DNA of 64,000 nt, from sequence record MT446416.1. The stretch is one strand, 5' to 3'. This document shows, one piece after another, positions 48,535-59,620 of the stretch. Position 1 is the stretch's first letter. Each line of letters starts with the position of its first letter. The notes below the pieces were generated by a model that searched no databases, was not told where the DNA came from, and saw nothing but the letters and a program-made list of their open reading frames with translations. A program made the position numbers and the translations under genes.

Positions 48535-49524
48535 TTATTTGTCCCCTAGAAATTGTTGATATTTCTTCTGGAGACTTTCGAAAATGTCTTCGACTTCTTC
48601 ATCGCTTTCATCTTCTAGTTCTTCGTTACCTTCCACGGACTCATCACTCTCATTAACATTGAGTGGGTTGTCACCTAGAGCAGTACCTGGAAACTTAGGT
48701 TCAAATTTGTGAACACGGTTCTCGTTACCGTCATTGTCATAGTACTCTGGTTCAGGACGATTGTCAACATCTTCATCAACGACACGTCTCCAGTAGAACT
48801 TGTTACCCTTGGTAATAACAACAAAGTGGTCACCTTCTACACCATTAGTTTTAGCTTGACCGTCACGAACGGCATCAGCTTCAGTGTTGTAAGGTCCAAA
48901 ATCAGTACTGTCACCTTGTTCTTCATCTTCAGAGATGGTTAGGTCTGGTAGGAAAGTGTTTTCTTCAACTTTAACTTCAGTATCTGGGTTACCTTCTACT
49001 GAATATTCATCTTCTGGTTCGTCTTGAAGACCAGCTAGAGATAGCATACGACTGAAATCGAATTCTTCTTCGATGATTTCTTCTTCTTCCTCTTCTTCAA
49101 CTGATTCTAGTTGAGGTTGACCGGAAAGATCTAAAGAAAACTCTTCTTCATCTGCAACCCCAGGCTCTTCGAACTCTGCATCCATACTTACTTCTTCAGA
49201 ATCACCACCAAAATCACCAGCTTCAGCAGATAGTGAGTCAGCAGCTACTTCCAATGGGTCTTCAACTGGTGCATCAATCGCACCATCCATTGCACCACCA
49301 ACTTCTTCTTCAGCACCAGCACCAATGGAATCCATGTCGAGTGGAGCGATTGGTGGTAGAGAAGGGGTCATAGACCCCATAGAAGGAACTGGAGCAGCAA
49401 CAGGAGAAGCTTGACGCTCTGCTTGACCAGCTAATGCAAGCATACGAGATAGTGTTTCTAGATCTTCAGATTCTAGACCTGCGATATCGATTTTAACTTG
49501 TGCTTCATTAATTTTTTTAGCCAT
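48535..49524 (-). CDS. very acidic protein, candidate prohead core/internal head protein
   Basis: Glu/Asp-rich; RMLxLAG twice; several [IL]xE motifs. Confidence 0.5.
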   Translation of the reverse strand: MAKKINEAQVKIDIAGLESEDLETLSRMLALAGQAERQASPVAAPVPSMGSMTPSLPPIAPLDMDSIGAGAEEEVGGAMDGAIDAPVEDPLEVAADSLSAEAGDFGGDSEEVSMDAEFEEPGVADEEEFSLDLSGQPQLESVEEEEEEEIIEEEFDFSRMLSLAGLQDEPEDEYSVEGNPDTEVKVEENTFLPDLTISEDEEQGDSTDFGPYNTEADAVRDGQAKTNGVEGDHFVVITKGNKFYWRRVVDEDVDNRPEPEYYDNDGNENRVHKFEPKFPGTALGDNPLNVNESDESVEGNEELEDESDEEVEDIFESLQKKYQQFLGDK

Positions 49525-49546
49525 TTTAAATAAATCCTTTTAGTTA

Positions 49547-51049
49547 TCAATCATTCTTATTTAATGATTTTAAAATTTGCACTGTTTCATCCTTTTTACC
49601 AGATAGTAAAATGTCAGCAGCAATTAGAGAAACCTCATCACCACGCGTTAATAGTACTGTAATTTTCTTAGCGTAAGGTGATTCTTTAATTCGTGAAGCT
49701 AATGATTGAACTTCATCCCCAGCAGCAGGAACTTCAGGTTCTGGCTCTGCAACAGGTTCTGGTTCTTTAGTAGGCTCAGCTTTTGGCTCAACTACATCAG
49801 TACTTGATACTTCAGCATCTACTTTCTCTTCAGGTTCTTCTTCTTTCTTATCAGCACGTTCTGCATCATAACGAGCAAGAATGTTATCAGCAGTTGATTT
49901 TGGAATCAATTTACCATCAGCACTAATAAAGCGGTTACCACCGATATAAGAATACTCTGTGCCTTTCTTAGATTTTACTTTAGTTCCGATTTTCATTGCA
50001 CCAGAACTGTTATGGCGAATTATATCACGTTGTGCAGCACGTTCAACACTTTTTGCAGCACTAACATTTAGTTGTTTTTTAGTTTCTACATCAAACCATG
50101 CATCTTTTTGTTTAATGTATGTTTTACCTTTATTTGAAGTAATGCGGTAACCATTTGGAACCACAACAGATTCAGTTTCTTCAATCTCTTCATCTGCTTC
50201 ATTAATGGATTCTTTTGTTGCGAATACTGGCTGTTTTACTGGTTGTTTAGGTTTTTCACCTGAACCAAAACGTTGTTCACCTGATTCATGATCACCAGTT
50301 AGTGAAGGGAAATCACCAGGGTTAGCCTTAACAAATTTCTGATATGCATTAAAGATTGCATGTGCATTTTGTTCTGGAATTACAACATTACCATCATTAT
50401 CACAAAATTCTTTACCATTCCATTCGGAACGAGTATTACCTTGTACTAAAGTAGATTTAATTGGAATTAGTTTGTTTTTTGGTGCTAATTGGCGAGCAAT
50501 ACGCATACCTTCATCGGAAAGTTTACGAGTCATTGCTGGGTCAACTGGACGTCCAGATTTTGCATCAACAAAACGGTGATTTTTAGGGATGAATTTAAAT
50601 CCACTAACTTCCATACCTGCTGGAATAGAAATATCATCAGCATATGGTGGAAGGATATAGAATTTTAGTGAGTTCCATTCTTTTTGTAGAGTTTCTTTTG
50701 AAACATTATATACACGGTGGTCATCTGCCATTAGTTCAGTGATAATTTCACTTTCAGTTAGTAGAATTCCATCTTTAGAATTGAAACGATTTTCACCAAG
50801 AAATGTACACTCTTTACCTTCAAGAATATATTTGTTACCAATTTTATATTCACTAGAAGATAGATTGTGCTCAACAATCTGTTGTCGAGCACTTGCGTAC
50901 ATGGATGGGTATTTTTTAGGGTCTACCATTAACATATTATTGTCGTTAAACCAGAAACCTTCTAGAAATACATATTTGCCACCAGTGTGAGAAGTATATA
51001 CATATCCATTAGGTACTGTGGTAGTTTCAGTACTGAAAAAATTATCCAT
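49547..51049 (-). CDS. hypothetical virion protein with internal duplication
   Basis: Start moved to ATG 51049 (SD GGAG); VPNGY...W and IG...xxxGxNRF.S.DG units occur twice. Confidence 0.6.
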   Translation of the reverse strand: MDNFFSTETTTVPNGYVYTSHTGGKYVFLEGFWFNDNNMLMVDPKKYPSMYASARQQIVEHNLSSSEYKIGNKYILEGKECTFLGENRFNSKDGILLTESEIITELMADDHRVYNVSKETLQKEWNSLKFYILPPYADDISIPAGMEVSGFKFIPKNHRFVDAKSGRPVDPAMTRKLSDEGMRIARQLAPKNKLIPIKSTLVQGNTRSEWNGKEFCDNDGNVVIPEQNAHAIFNAYQKFVKANPGDFPSLTGDHESGEQRFGSGEKPKQPVKQPVFATKESINEADEEIEETESVVVPNGYRITSNKGKTYIKQKDAWFDVETKKQLNVSAAKSVERAAQRDIIRHNSSGAMKIGTKVKSKKGTEYSYIGGNRFISADGKLIPKSTADNILARYDAERADKKEEEPEEKVDAEVSSTDVVEPKAEPTKEPEPVAEPEPEVPAAGDEVQSLASRIKESPYAKKITVLLTRGDEVSLIAADILLSGKKDETVQILKSLNKND

Positions 51050-51062
51050 GTGTTGATTCTCC

Positions 51063-51608
51063 TTAAGAAAGCATACGCAAAAGTTGTTCACGCTGTTCTG
51101 GACTTAATTTTTGTAGAACATCAGGGATACTAGAACCTTGTGCTTTTGGCTGTTCCTGTGGTGCTGGTTGTGGAGCATTGTCAGGTTGAGCTTGTGGTGC
51201 AGGACGTTGTTGTTCTTCACCTTTATCATCTTCACGATAATCATTCATCAAGTCACGGGATGCTGCCAATAGAGCAGAACCAACATCTTTAGGAGTAAAA
51301 GTACGACGACTGTTATTACCCAAGTGTTTTATATCAAGGTTATTTCCTTTGAAGAATTGTGCAACATCAGCATATGGTACTGATGGCTGTGCTTTACCGT
51401 ATTTGCGGCCAACATAGCGTTTAAATTCAGCCCAAAGACGGTTTGCTTCTGCACCAACTTCTTGTGCACCTTGTTCTACTTGACCACTACCGAAAAAGCC
51501 TTTTACTTTTCCTTTTGCACTATCTACTGCACTTTGTGAACGACTATATGGACGAGCTTCATTTAGCTCTTCATCATTATAGTCTAACATTTCATTAAGT
51601 ATACTCAT
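51063..51608 (-). CDS. hypothetical protein, candidate processed head protein
   Basis: MSILNEM...ELNEA N-terminus; P/Q-rich C-terminal linker. Confidence 0.55.
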   Translation of the reverse strand: MSILNEMLDYNDEELNEARPYSRSQSAVDSAKGKVKGFFGSGQVEQGAQEVGAEANRLWAEFKRYVGRKYGKAQPSVPYADVAQFFKGNNLDIKHLGNNSRRTFTPKDVGSALLAASRDLMNDYREDDKGEEQQRPAPQAQPDNAPQPAPQEQPKAQGSSIPDVLQKLSPEQREQLLRMLS

Positions 51609-51611
51609 GTC

Positions 51612-52145
51612 TCAATCCTTTTTACCAAAACCAGCACTCATATATTGAGAGTATTTATTGTCACTTTTAACTGCTTCAATCGCATCTTTAACTGCGGTTA
51701 CAGCACGTTCTTCACCAGCTAAATCATGGCTGTCTTCTGGTTTGCCAAAATCAACACCAATTACTGGTTCGTAATCGTCAAAGTCAATATCATCTTCGAG
51801 TTCGGTCATTTCTTGTTGACGTGGTTCATCTTTACTACGTACACGGATTAGAGCTTCAGTCATACTTAGTAGGTTACCAATTTCATACATTAGTACGTTT
51901 GATTGAACACCACGGTGGCATTTGAAATCAAACATCCAAATTTCACCACAATCTAATTCATAAAAATCTAGTGGTTTTTCCATGAAAATAGTTTTCTTGA
52001 GTGCCCCAATATCAAATGCATCATAACGATCCATTAGGCGTTGTGATACTTTACTAAGTTGTTCGTTAGTAGGTTCAACTGCAAACTTGACTCGGTATTC
52101 AAAAACTGGTTTTTTATCTGTTAGGATTTGTTGTAATCTATTCAT
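51612..52145 (-). CDS. conserved hypothetical (probably structural) protein
   Basis: 177 aa, SD GGAG, in the late operon. Confidence 0.6.
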   Translation of the reverse strand: MNRLQQILTDKKPVFEYRVKFAVEPTNEQLSKVSQRLMDRYDAFDIGALKKTIFMEKPLDFYELDCGEIWMFDFKCHRGVQSNVLMYEIGNLLSMTEALIRVRSKDEPRQQEMTELEDDIDFDDYEPVIGVDFGKPEDSHDLAGEERAVTAVKDAIEAVKSDNKYSQYMSAGFGKKD

Positions 52146-52172
52146 TTTAATAACTCCATAAGGTCGTTTAAG

Positions 52173-53189
<1,017 letters not shown>

Positions 53190-54284
53190 TTAAAAATCTC
53201 CTAATATGTTACCTAATCCGAATTTTGAGCTTGCAGAAGAAACGATGCTTCCTAAACCAATAGCATTTGCACCTCTTGTCACTGCGGAACCTATGTTTCG
53301 GATGGTATCAGGAGTAATGTCACCACGAAGGATATCACCAGCACTACTGATTATATCACTAACTGATGTTCCTGCTCGGATAATTTTACCAACTGTCGAA
53401 AGTCCTTTAGTTTTGTCATCAAGTTCACCAAAGTACTTAAAGAATCCACTCACACCAAGACCTTCAGTATCGGTGATGAGTTGTGCAATTTCCATTGTAG
53501 GAACACCAATACTCAAGTACCCTTCAGGACCAAAGTTGTTACACGCTTCATAACGCATAGTCAACGATAATAGTGCTGGGTCACCTTCACTTTCCATAGA
53601 TTTAGTTTCTAATTGTATATCTTCGATGAACACATTTATCATGTTATGAACTGTATAGGTTTCATTATCAATTTCATAGATATTAATTGATTTGAAAAAG
53701 TACTGGTTGTCGTAGTTACCATTGTTCATTACAGAACGACCCCAGTTTCCACCTAAACCATTGAAATTTTCTGGTGTACTGAGTACGTCATTTCGGTAAG
53801 ATTGTGGGTTCTTGTCAAAGAAGTCACCATAGTAGAACTTACGATATGCGTCCATTAAAAGATATCCAGCACCATCGACGGTATCATAGAAAACAACATT
53901 ACTGGGTTTATAAACAATATCACCAGTAACTAAACGTTTTTTGTTGTATTGGTTTACGGTTTCAACACTAAAAGAAAAACTAGGAAGTGTTACATCTTTT
54001 ACAAAGCACGATACATTATTAACATCAAAATCAGTATGTGTATCTGGGAGTTGTGTTTTAATAAAGTTCTTTGCGAACGGGGTTAGTACAAATTCGATAA
54101 TAAAACTGTTCTTAAATTTTGGTAAATTATAGAATGAAAAACCCATTTCACCTGCTGTACCAAACACTCGTTGTGCAGCGTTATAATTCTCAAAAGCTGG
54201 ATCTCTAATGATGTTGATATTGTCAATAACACCATTAACTATACTAGTTCCAGTACTGACAAATGAATCAAAAAAATCACTCAT
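53190..54284 (-). CDS. tube-fold baseplate protein (gp54/gp19-like)
   Basis: FVKDVTLPSFSFSVETVNQYNKKRLV...YKPSNVVFYDT. Confidence 0.65.
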   Translation of the reverse strand: MSDFFDSFVSTGTSIVNGVIDNINIIRDPAFENYNAAQRVFGTAGEMGFSFYNLPKFKNSFIIEFVLTPFAKNFIKTQLPDTHTDFDVNNVSCFVKDVTLPSFSFSVETVNQYNKKRLVTGDIVYKPSNVVFYDTVDGAGYLLMDAYRKFYYGDFFDKNPQSYRNDVLSTPENFNGLGGNWGRSVMNNGNYDNQYFFKSINIYEIDNETYTVHNMINVFIEDIQLETKSMESEGDPALLSLTMRYEACNNFGPEGYLSIGVPTMEIAQLITDTEGLGVSGFFKYFGELDDKTKGLSTVGKIIRAGTSVSDIISSAGDILRGDITPDTIRNIGSAVTRGANAIGLGSIVSSASSKFGLGNILGDF

Positions 54285-54295
54285 GGGTTATCTCC

Positions 54296-55072
54296 TTATA
54301 ATCCAATGCTACCGAAAACACGGTCAATGATATCTAATCCTTGGTTTACGTTTTCAGGTAAAAGTGAATTTATTCTAGTACTGTACATTTCTTCGATATT
54401 ATCGAATTGGATACAATTATCAGGTTTTATTGTAATAACCATTTCAACTGGAGAACTTGAACTATAGTCAAGTGAATCATATGATATATTTTGTATAACG
54501 CATCCTGTTAGTACAAAGTACTCCATAACGCCAGCACTATTGTATGATGAACCACCAATGAACTGATCAACAGCGTTGACTAATCCAGTATTGTTGGTAG
54601 CGGCAGTTGCTGCATTAACTAATGTGTTTCTTCCCAAGTCTTCTAGTGTATCATCAGAGTTGCGACCATTCAACATCTGAATGACAATTCCGAACTTATA
54701 TGAACCATAATCATGGTCAGTTCTGGAAGTAATTCTTCGTTGAAAATCTAATTGTTTCTGTAATTGTCGTGACAAGGCTTTTGCTGATGCATTACCAACT
54801 GAATCACGGATAGTTAAAGTAATTGGGTCCCAATCGTGACTACCAATGTAAGATGTATTTGTTGTAAATTGATATAGTTTATGAGTACTGAAAGTAACAG
54901 TAGGTCTATCAACTTTATCAACATCTAATGCAATGTGATCACGCTCATCTATATCAGTACCGAAATTATATACAATAACACGAAATTTGTATTTTGCTTT
55001 CGGTTGTAACATTGAACGGTTACGTCCTGATGGTAGAGGAACGCCATATTTATTAATCATGTTATTTGCCAT
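54296..55072 (-). CDS. tail tube protein paralogue (gp19-like)
   Basis: KYGVPL...QPKAKYKFRV...WDPITLTIRDSVGN...LDYSSSSP. Confidence 0.75.
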   Translation of the reverse strand: MANNMINKYGVPLPSGRNRSMLQPKAKYKFRVIVYNFGTDIDERDHIALDVDKVDRPTVTFSTHKLYQFTTNTSYIGSHDWDPITLTIRDSVGNASAKALSRQLQKQLDFQRRITSRTDHDYGSYKFGIVIQMLNGRNSDDTLEDLGRNTLVNAATAATNNTGLVNAVDQFIGGSSYNSAGVMEYFVLTGCVIQNISYDSLDYSSSSPVEMVITIKPDNCIQFDNIEEMYSTRINSLLPENVNQGLDIIDRVFGSIGL

Positions 55073-55106
55073 AGCAACCTCTTTTATTTTATAAGGTATT
55101 ATACTT

Positions 55107-55113
55107 TATTTAG
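55107..55113 (-). promoter_or_regulatory. late promoter CTAAATA
   Basis: Directly after the terminator, upstream of the tube paralogue. Confidence 0.6.
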
Positions 55114-55116
55114 CAT

Positions 55117-55145
55117 AAAAAAAGCCTCGAACTAGTTCGAGGCTT
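55117..55145 (-). terminator. intrinsic terminator (24-bp perfect palindrome)
   Basis: AAGCCTCGAACTAGTTCGAGGCTT followed by a T tract on -. Confidence 0.8.
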
Positions 55146-55161
55146 ACGTTTAAAAGAAAAA

Positions 55162-55848
55162 TTAATTTTCGTAGAAGTTACTATCTGGTAGAGTAGTACT
55201 ACTAATGTTGGTTTGTGCACCACTAATAGAGGTAGCAGTGGATGGGTTACCGAAACCAGTAATTTCATCACCGAACGCTTCACCATTAGGACCGAGTTTT
55301 GCACAGCCGTCTGGTTGAATTGTCATAGAAATAACTTGTGCTTCACTTGAGGAATAATCCCAGTCACCAAAGTTACTAGATTCAATAAAGCAGCCTTGAC
55401 ATACCCAAGTACTCAAAGTACCTTCAAAAAGGTTAGAAGTGTTTTCACTATTAGAGCCATCTAGTTCTTGAATCCACATTTCAAATTTGAACTGGGAATC
55501 AGTCATACGAGATTCTTGACTGTAATAGTTAAATTCTTTACGCATTTGGTTATAAAGAGCTTTAGCAGAAGCATTACCTACGGAATCACGGAAAGCCACA
55601 TCAATAGTATCCCAAGTATACTTACCTTTATAGTGAGCAGAACTGTTATAACTATGCACAGTGACGTTTTCATGTGATACAGATACAGCACCAACGGTGT
55701 TGGTATCTAGGGTAATCATATTGCCATCGTCGTTAGCACCGAAGCCAAAGAAAACAACACGGAATTTATATTTTGCTTTAGGTTGTTTCATAGAGATACG
55801 ACCACCGCCAGCGAGCGGAACGCCATATCGATCAAGCATTGTAGCCAT
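55162..55848 (-). CDS. major tail tube protein (gp19-like)
   Basis: RYGVPL...QPKAKYKFRV...WDTIDVAFRDSVGN...WDYSSSEA; monocistronic with its own late promoter; follows the sheath. Confidence 0.8.
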   Translation of the reverse strand: MATMLDRYGVPLAGGGRISMKQPKAKYKFRVVFFGFGANDDGNMITLDTNTVGAVSVSHENVTVHSYNSSAHYKGKYTWDTIDVAFRDSVGNASAKALYNQMRKEFNYYSQESRMTDSQFKFEMWIQELDGSNSENTSNLFEGTLSTWVCQGCFIESSNFGDWDYSSSEAQVISMTIQPDGCAKLGPNGEAFGDEITGFGNPSTATSISGAQTNISSTTLPDSNFYEN

Positions 55849-55883
55849 TTATATTCTCCTGTTATGGAATGACATCTTTATAT

Positions 55884-55891
55884 TATTTATC
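55884..55891 (-). promoter_or_regulatory. late promoter GATAAATA
   Basis: Upstream of the major tube gene. Confidence 0.65.
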
Positions 55892-56005
55892 TATTACTTA
55901 CACTTTTATTGAAGTATCTCATCAACAGGAAACCAATCTATATTCACACAATACAAGTACTTTTTTTCTTGTTTATTATCTGTATAGTTTACACCAACCG
56001 ACCAT

Positions 56006-56152
56006 TTACCATTTGTGTAAACATTGTATCCTCGAATTATACCGACAATGTTCCAAATTTTGCATAAAAGCTTTAAGGATTTTTACGGCATCGTCCTTTG
56101 TTGCTACAGTTTTACTTACATCTTGTAATGTTTTTTTAAGTATTTCTTCCAT
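56006..56152 (-). CDS. small hypothetical ORF (48 aa), possibly frameshifted and extending to 55906
   Basis: Found by manual translation: ATG with GGGA SD, MEEILKKTLQDVSK...; +1 frame stays open to 55906. Confidence 0.4.
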   Translation of the reverse strand: MEEILKKTLQDVSKTVATKDDAVKILKAFMQNLEHCRYNSRIQCLHKW

Positions 56153-56203
56153 ATTATTCCCGAACGTTGAATTAATAACATAACGTATTTAATTTTAAAC
56201 AAT

Positions 56204-56229
56204 AAAAAAGGGAACCAAAAGGTTCCCTT
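56204..56229 (-). terminator. intrinsic terminator after the sheath gene
   Basis: AAGGGAACC-TTTT-GGTTCCCTT followed by a T tract on -. Confidence 0.8.
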
Positions 56230-56235
56230 AGTGTT

Positions 56236-58899
56236 TTATTGAGTCTTTTCAATACGAATAGGTACGTAAATGAAGTTGATAGACTTGGTAGGTTGGATTG
56301 CAATATCCATCCAAAGTTCGTTACGGTCAATACGTTCAGAAGTGTTGTTACTTTCGTCACAAACTACTGCGAAGTTATATAGACCTTGTTGTTGAACGAT
56401 TTCAGCTAGGAAGCTATTCACTACACCACTGAATTCCTGACGAGTACTTGGAGTATTCAAACGGAATAGGAATGGTTCAGAGATGATTTCTAGTTGACGA
56501 CGAATGTAAACAACCAAACGAGCAACGTTAACACGGCTTAGTGCAGAGGTTTGGTTAGCAGATAGTGTTTTATCACCATATACTAGCAAGCCACGGTTAG
56601 GACGCATTGCAATTGGGTTAATGTTGTTGGTATACATCACGTCACGTTGACCTTGGTTGTATACTACTGGTTGATATTCACCTTCACTATTAATGAAACC
56701 AGTACTTGCAGCGTTGGTTACAACACCACGAGTAGTACCAGCAGGTGGATACCACACATAACTAACACTATCACTGTACGCATAGGTACGCATTGCAACA
56801 GTACTGCCTGGAACTGCAACTTCTTCACCATCAACGTTAGTACTTAAACACCAGCCCATGTACTGAGCAGCATAATCATATGCAGAAGTACGGCCTACTG
56901 AACCATTACTTGGTGCGTTGTTTGCGTTGGTAGCCCATTCTTGAACTGCACTACCGTTTCCGGTTGGGTTCAAACGAGCAGGTACATCAGTTACGATAAA
57001 CGCTGTTTCTTTACGATCAGTGTTTAGGGTAATACATTCATCTAGAGTTTCTACATAACCAGGAACACAGATTAGGTTAAAGTTGATGAATTCAGAACGG
57101 ATATCATCATTACCGATGATTACAGCAGCTAGTGCTTCAACGATTAGTTTGCGTTGTGCTGCACGACCGAATAGACCTGCACCATCAAGACTAACACCAC
57201 TAACAACTTGCCATTGACCATTAACCATTTTCTTAACAACACCTTCGGTATTACCGAGGTCAATTGCAAGCATACCATTCTGATAAAGAGCAGCAGAAGC
57301 AACTTGTTCAGGGAAGTTAAAGTCAGCGAAAATCATACCGTTTAGAGTACTTTGGTCAGTATTGTCTAGTTTAACCCACTCACCATCAACGTTACGATAG
57401 AAATCATAACCATCAATTCCTTGAGATAGAGGGCGTACCCAAATTAGACGGTCTGCCGCAGGTTCATCAACTTGAACATATTTGTTATCTTCTTGTACTA
57501 GATCCCATTCGTCATTTGCAACATCTGCAATGTACATGGTAACAGTTAGGTTATCGGAATTACCGAAATCATACCAAATAGTACCGTCTTTAGCAATACT
57601 ACGTGGAACAGAAGAGCTAACACGTAAGTTATTAACGTTAACTAGAGAATAGTTGTTACTATCTACAGTTAGTTTAGCTAGTTCATTCGCTGCAAAAATA
57701 TCATCACCGCTTTGGGTAACTTTAAAGCTATAACCTTTGGTGTTTGTAACTACCAAACCGCCATTAGATTCACGTTTGAATTTGAATCCATCATTGATAA
57801 GATCAGCACTAACATTTAGATTATCGATGATAGTTTGAGTATTAATTACGCCACCTTGTGGTACTGCAAGTACTTTAACAGATTTGTTTAGGTAAGCGAA
57901 AGTCAAATAACTATCTTCACCAGCTTGCTCAATAACAGTTTCACCTAGTGGTACTGCTGGAGCACTAATTGCTGATAGTTTTGCACTTTGAATATAGAAA
58001 GAGAAACTCTTACTATCGTCATCAAAACGGCAAGCAATATAACTGTTGTTTAGTACACCACTCTTAGCTTCAACTTCTTGGAAAGAATTACCAGTATATG
58101 CTGGAACGATATTCCAAACTTGAGTTAGAGATGCATAACGTTTTAGAACAAAGCGAGTGCCAAAATAGTTTGAACCATTTTGAGTATAACCATCACGAAT
58201 CCATACGTTACCTTGTTCAACAGTTGAACCAACTGGAACTTTGTTGATTGGTGATAGATAAGTTTCAACCTGTACTAGACCAGATGCTGCACGTTTGTAC
58301 ATAAGCATTTGACCATTACTTGGCTTATAACGTAGAACTAGATCATCAACGTTTAGACCAACTAGGCTAACATCGTCAACTTCTTCAGAACTTACGATAG
58401 TAACAGGCTTCAATTGCCAGTCATAGAAGCTGCTTGGGCTGTCTTTCTTAGCAACATAAGCTTCAATTTGTGATTGAGCAGCATCAAACCATAGAGTACC
58501 ATTTGGTACTGGGCCAGTTGGTGCAGTTGCACTTGGTGATAGTTGAGCCAAATCGATATCAGCACGAATAACATATGCACGGTTGGTGATACCTAGATAA
58601 GAATATACAGCATGTAGACCATATTCGTTTAGTTCGTCACCTTGAACAACTGAACCATTGTTCATTTGGAAAATTGGTGAGCCAAATGTATCTAGTGAGC
58701 TTTTCTGTGATGTTAGTAGCTGTAGTTTACCAGCGTTTGCTTTAGTGGTTCCCGCAGCGATTGCACTGCTACCAGGAACAAGTTTGTCTTCAGCAGTAGC
58801 GATTACAAATAGTGGTACTGTGCCAGGTGCAGCAGCAGTACTCATACTTTCATCAGTTACTGAAATGGAAACGCCAGGTGAGAGTAGATCTCCTGCCAT
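56236..58899 (-). CDS. tail sheath protein (gp18-like)
   Basis: LLSPGVSISVTDES; ELNEYGL; YVWYPPAGTTRG; INPI...LVYGDKTL...RVNVARL; VVCDESNNT...IQPTKSINFIYVP. Confidence 0.95.
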   Translation of the reverse strand: MAGDLLSPGVSISVTDESMSTAAAPGTVPLFVIATAEDKLVPGSSAIAAGTTKANAGKLQLLTSQKSSLDTFGSPIFQMNNGSVVQGDELNEYGLHAVYSYLGITNRAYVIRADIDLAQLSPSATAPTGPVPNGTLWFDAAQSQIEAYVAKKDSPSSFYDWQLKPVTIVSSEEVDDVSLVGLNVDDLVLRYKPSNGQMLMYKRAASGLVQVETYLSPINKVPVGSTVEQGNVWIRDGYTQNGSNYFGTRFVLKRYASLTQVWNIVPAYTGNSFQEVEAKSGVLNNSYIACRFDDDSKSFSFYIQSAKLSAISAPAVPLGETVIEQAGEDSYLTFAYLNKSVKVLAVPQGGVINTQTIIDNLNVSADLINDGFKFKRESNGGLVVTNTKGYSFKVTQSGDDIFAANELAKLTVDSNNYSLVNVNNLRVSSSVPRSIAKDGTIWYDFGNSDNLTVTMYIADVANDEWDLVQEDNKYVQVDEPAADRLIWVRPLSQGIDGYDFYRNVDGEWVKLDNTDQSTLNGMIFADFNFPEQVASAALYQNGMLAIDLGNTEGVVKKMVNGQWQVVSGVSLDGAGLFGRAAQRKLIVEALAAVIIGNDDIRSEFINFNLICVPGYVETLDECITLNTDRKETAFIVTDVPARLNPTGNGSAVQEWATNANNAPSNGSVGRTSAYDYAAQYMGWCLSTNVDGEEVAVPGSTVAMRTYAYSDSVSYVWYPPAGTTRGVVTNAASTGFINSEGEYQPVVYNQGQRDVMYTNNINPIAMRPNRGLLVYGDKTLSANQTSALSRVNVARLVVYIRRQLEIISEPFLFRLNTPSTRQEFSGVVNSFLAEIVQQQGLYNFAVVCDESNNTSERIDRNELWMDIAIQPTKSINFIYVPIRIEKTQ

Positions 58900-58902
58900 A
58901 TT

Positions 58903-58966
58903 AAATCCTCCAAAAATAATTGGTTATTCGAATTATATTCGTATAGTCTTATTTATTGAAGGATTT
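58903..58966 (-). promoter_or_regulatory. late promoter (AATAAATA, 58950-58957) inside an RBS-sequestering hairpin of the sheath gene
   Basis: AAATCCTTCAATAAATAA pairs with TTATTTTTGGAGGATTT, which contains the SD. Confidence 0.7.
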
Positions 58967-58993
58967 GAATGTCAAGTCCTAATTGTTTTAATT

Positions 58994-59620
58994 TCACTTA
59001 TTGGCATAAATAACACTCAATGCTTGTTGGTGCAACGCTTCAATTGTGCTATTATTTTGTACAATGATATCAGGATTATTGATACCAATCCACGCCCATT
59101 CAGATTCATGTACTGATTCAAGTTCTACTGGTTTAATTTTAATATTTCCTTTATTATAAGATGCAGCCAATCCATACCAATGTGGAAGTACACGTTGCAC
59201 TTCAATAATAGTGCCATGTTGAGATCTAATCATTTTTAATTCATTAAGAAATCGACAATCAGTGATGATGATATTTCCATTTACTTCTTGCATAGATTTT
59301 TCTAAACTGAATACCCAAATATCATTATGAAAATACTTACGTAGTATATTAGTACCGTAATTTTGTAATACCCATCGAGGGGACACATCATCACGCCCCA
59401 ATTTTTCACACCAGTACTTATCCGGTTTTTCACGAATCATGCGACTTTCCTTAGTCGTTCCCTCAAGCATTTCACGATCCCACCCAAAAATAGAAGATAC
59501 TGAGTCTTTTAAATTGGTAGCAAATGACATTTTTGTATATCCATTTTCAATAAATGTTTTTGCAAAAGTATCTTTTCCACTTCCTATTGTCCCATTAATT
59601 GCGATTATTTGTCTTTCCAT
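58994..59620 (-). CDS. deoxynucleoside monophosphate kinase (T4 gp1-like)
   Basis: INGTIGSGKDT, SFATNLKD, SPRWVLQNYGT, ITDCRFLNE, HESE; start moved to ATG 59620 (SD GGAG). Confidence 0.9.
   Translation of the reverse strand: MERQIIAINGTIGSGKDTFAKTFIENGYTKMSFATNLKDSVSSIFGWDREMLEGTTKESRMIREKPDKYWCEKLGRDDVSPRWVLQNYGTNILRKYFHNDIWVFSLEKSMQEVNGNIIITDCRFLNELKMIRSQHGTIIEVQRVLPHWYGLAASYNKGNIKIKPVELESVHESEWAWIGINNPDIIVQNNSTIEALHQQALSVIYANK

Noticed and set aside
55869-56183. 104-aa plus-strand ORF between tube and sheath
   Set aside because: No SD, overlaps minus-strand promoter and a better minus-strand ORF
58658-59116. 152-aa plus-strand ORF
   Set aside because: Antisense across the sheath and kinase genes
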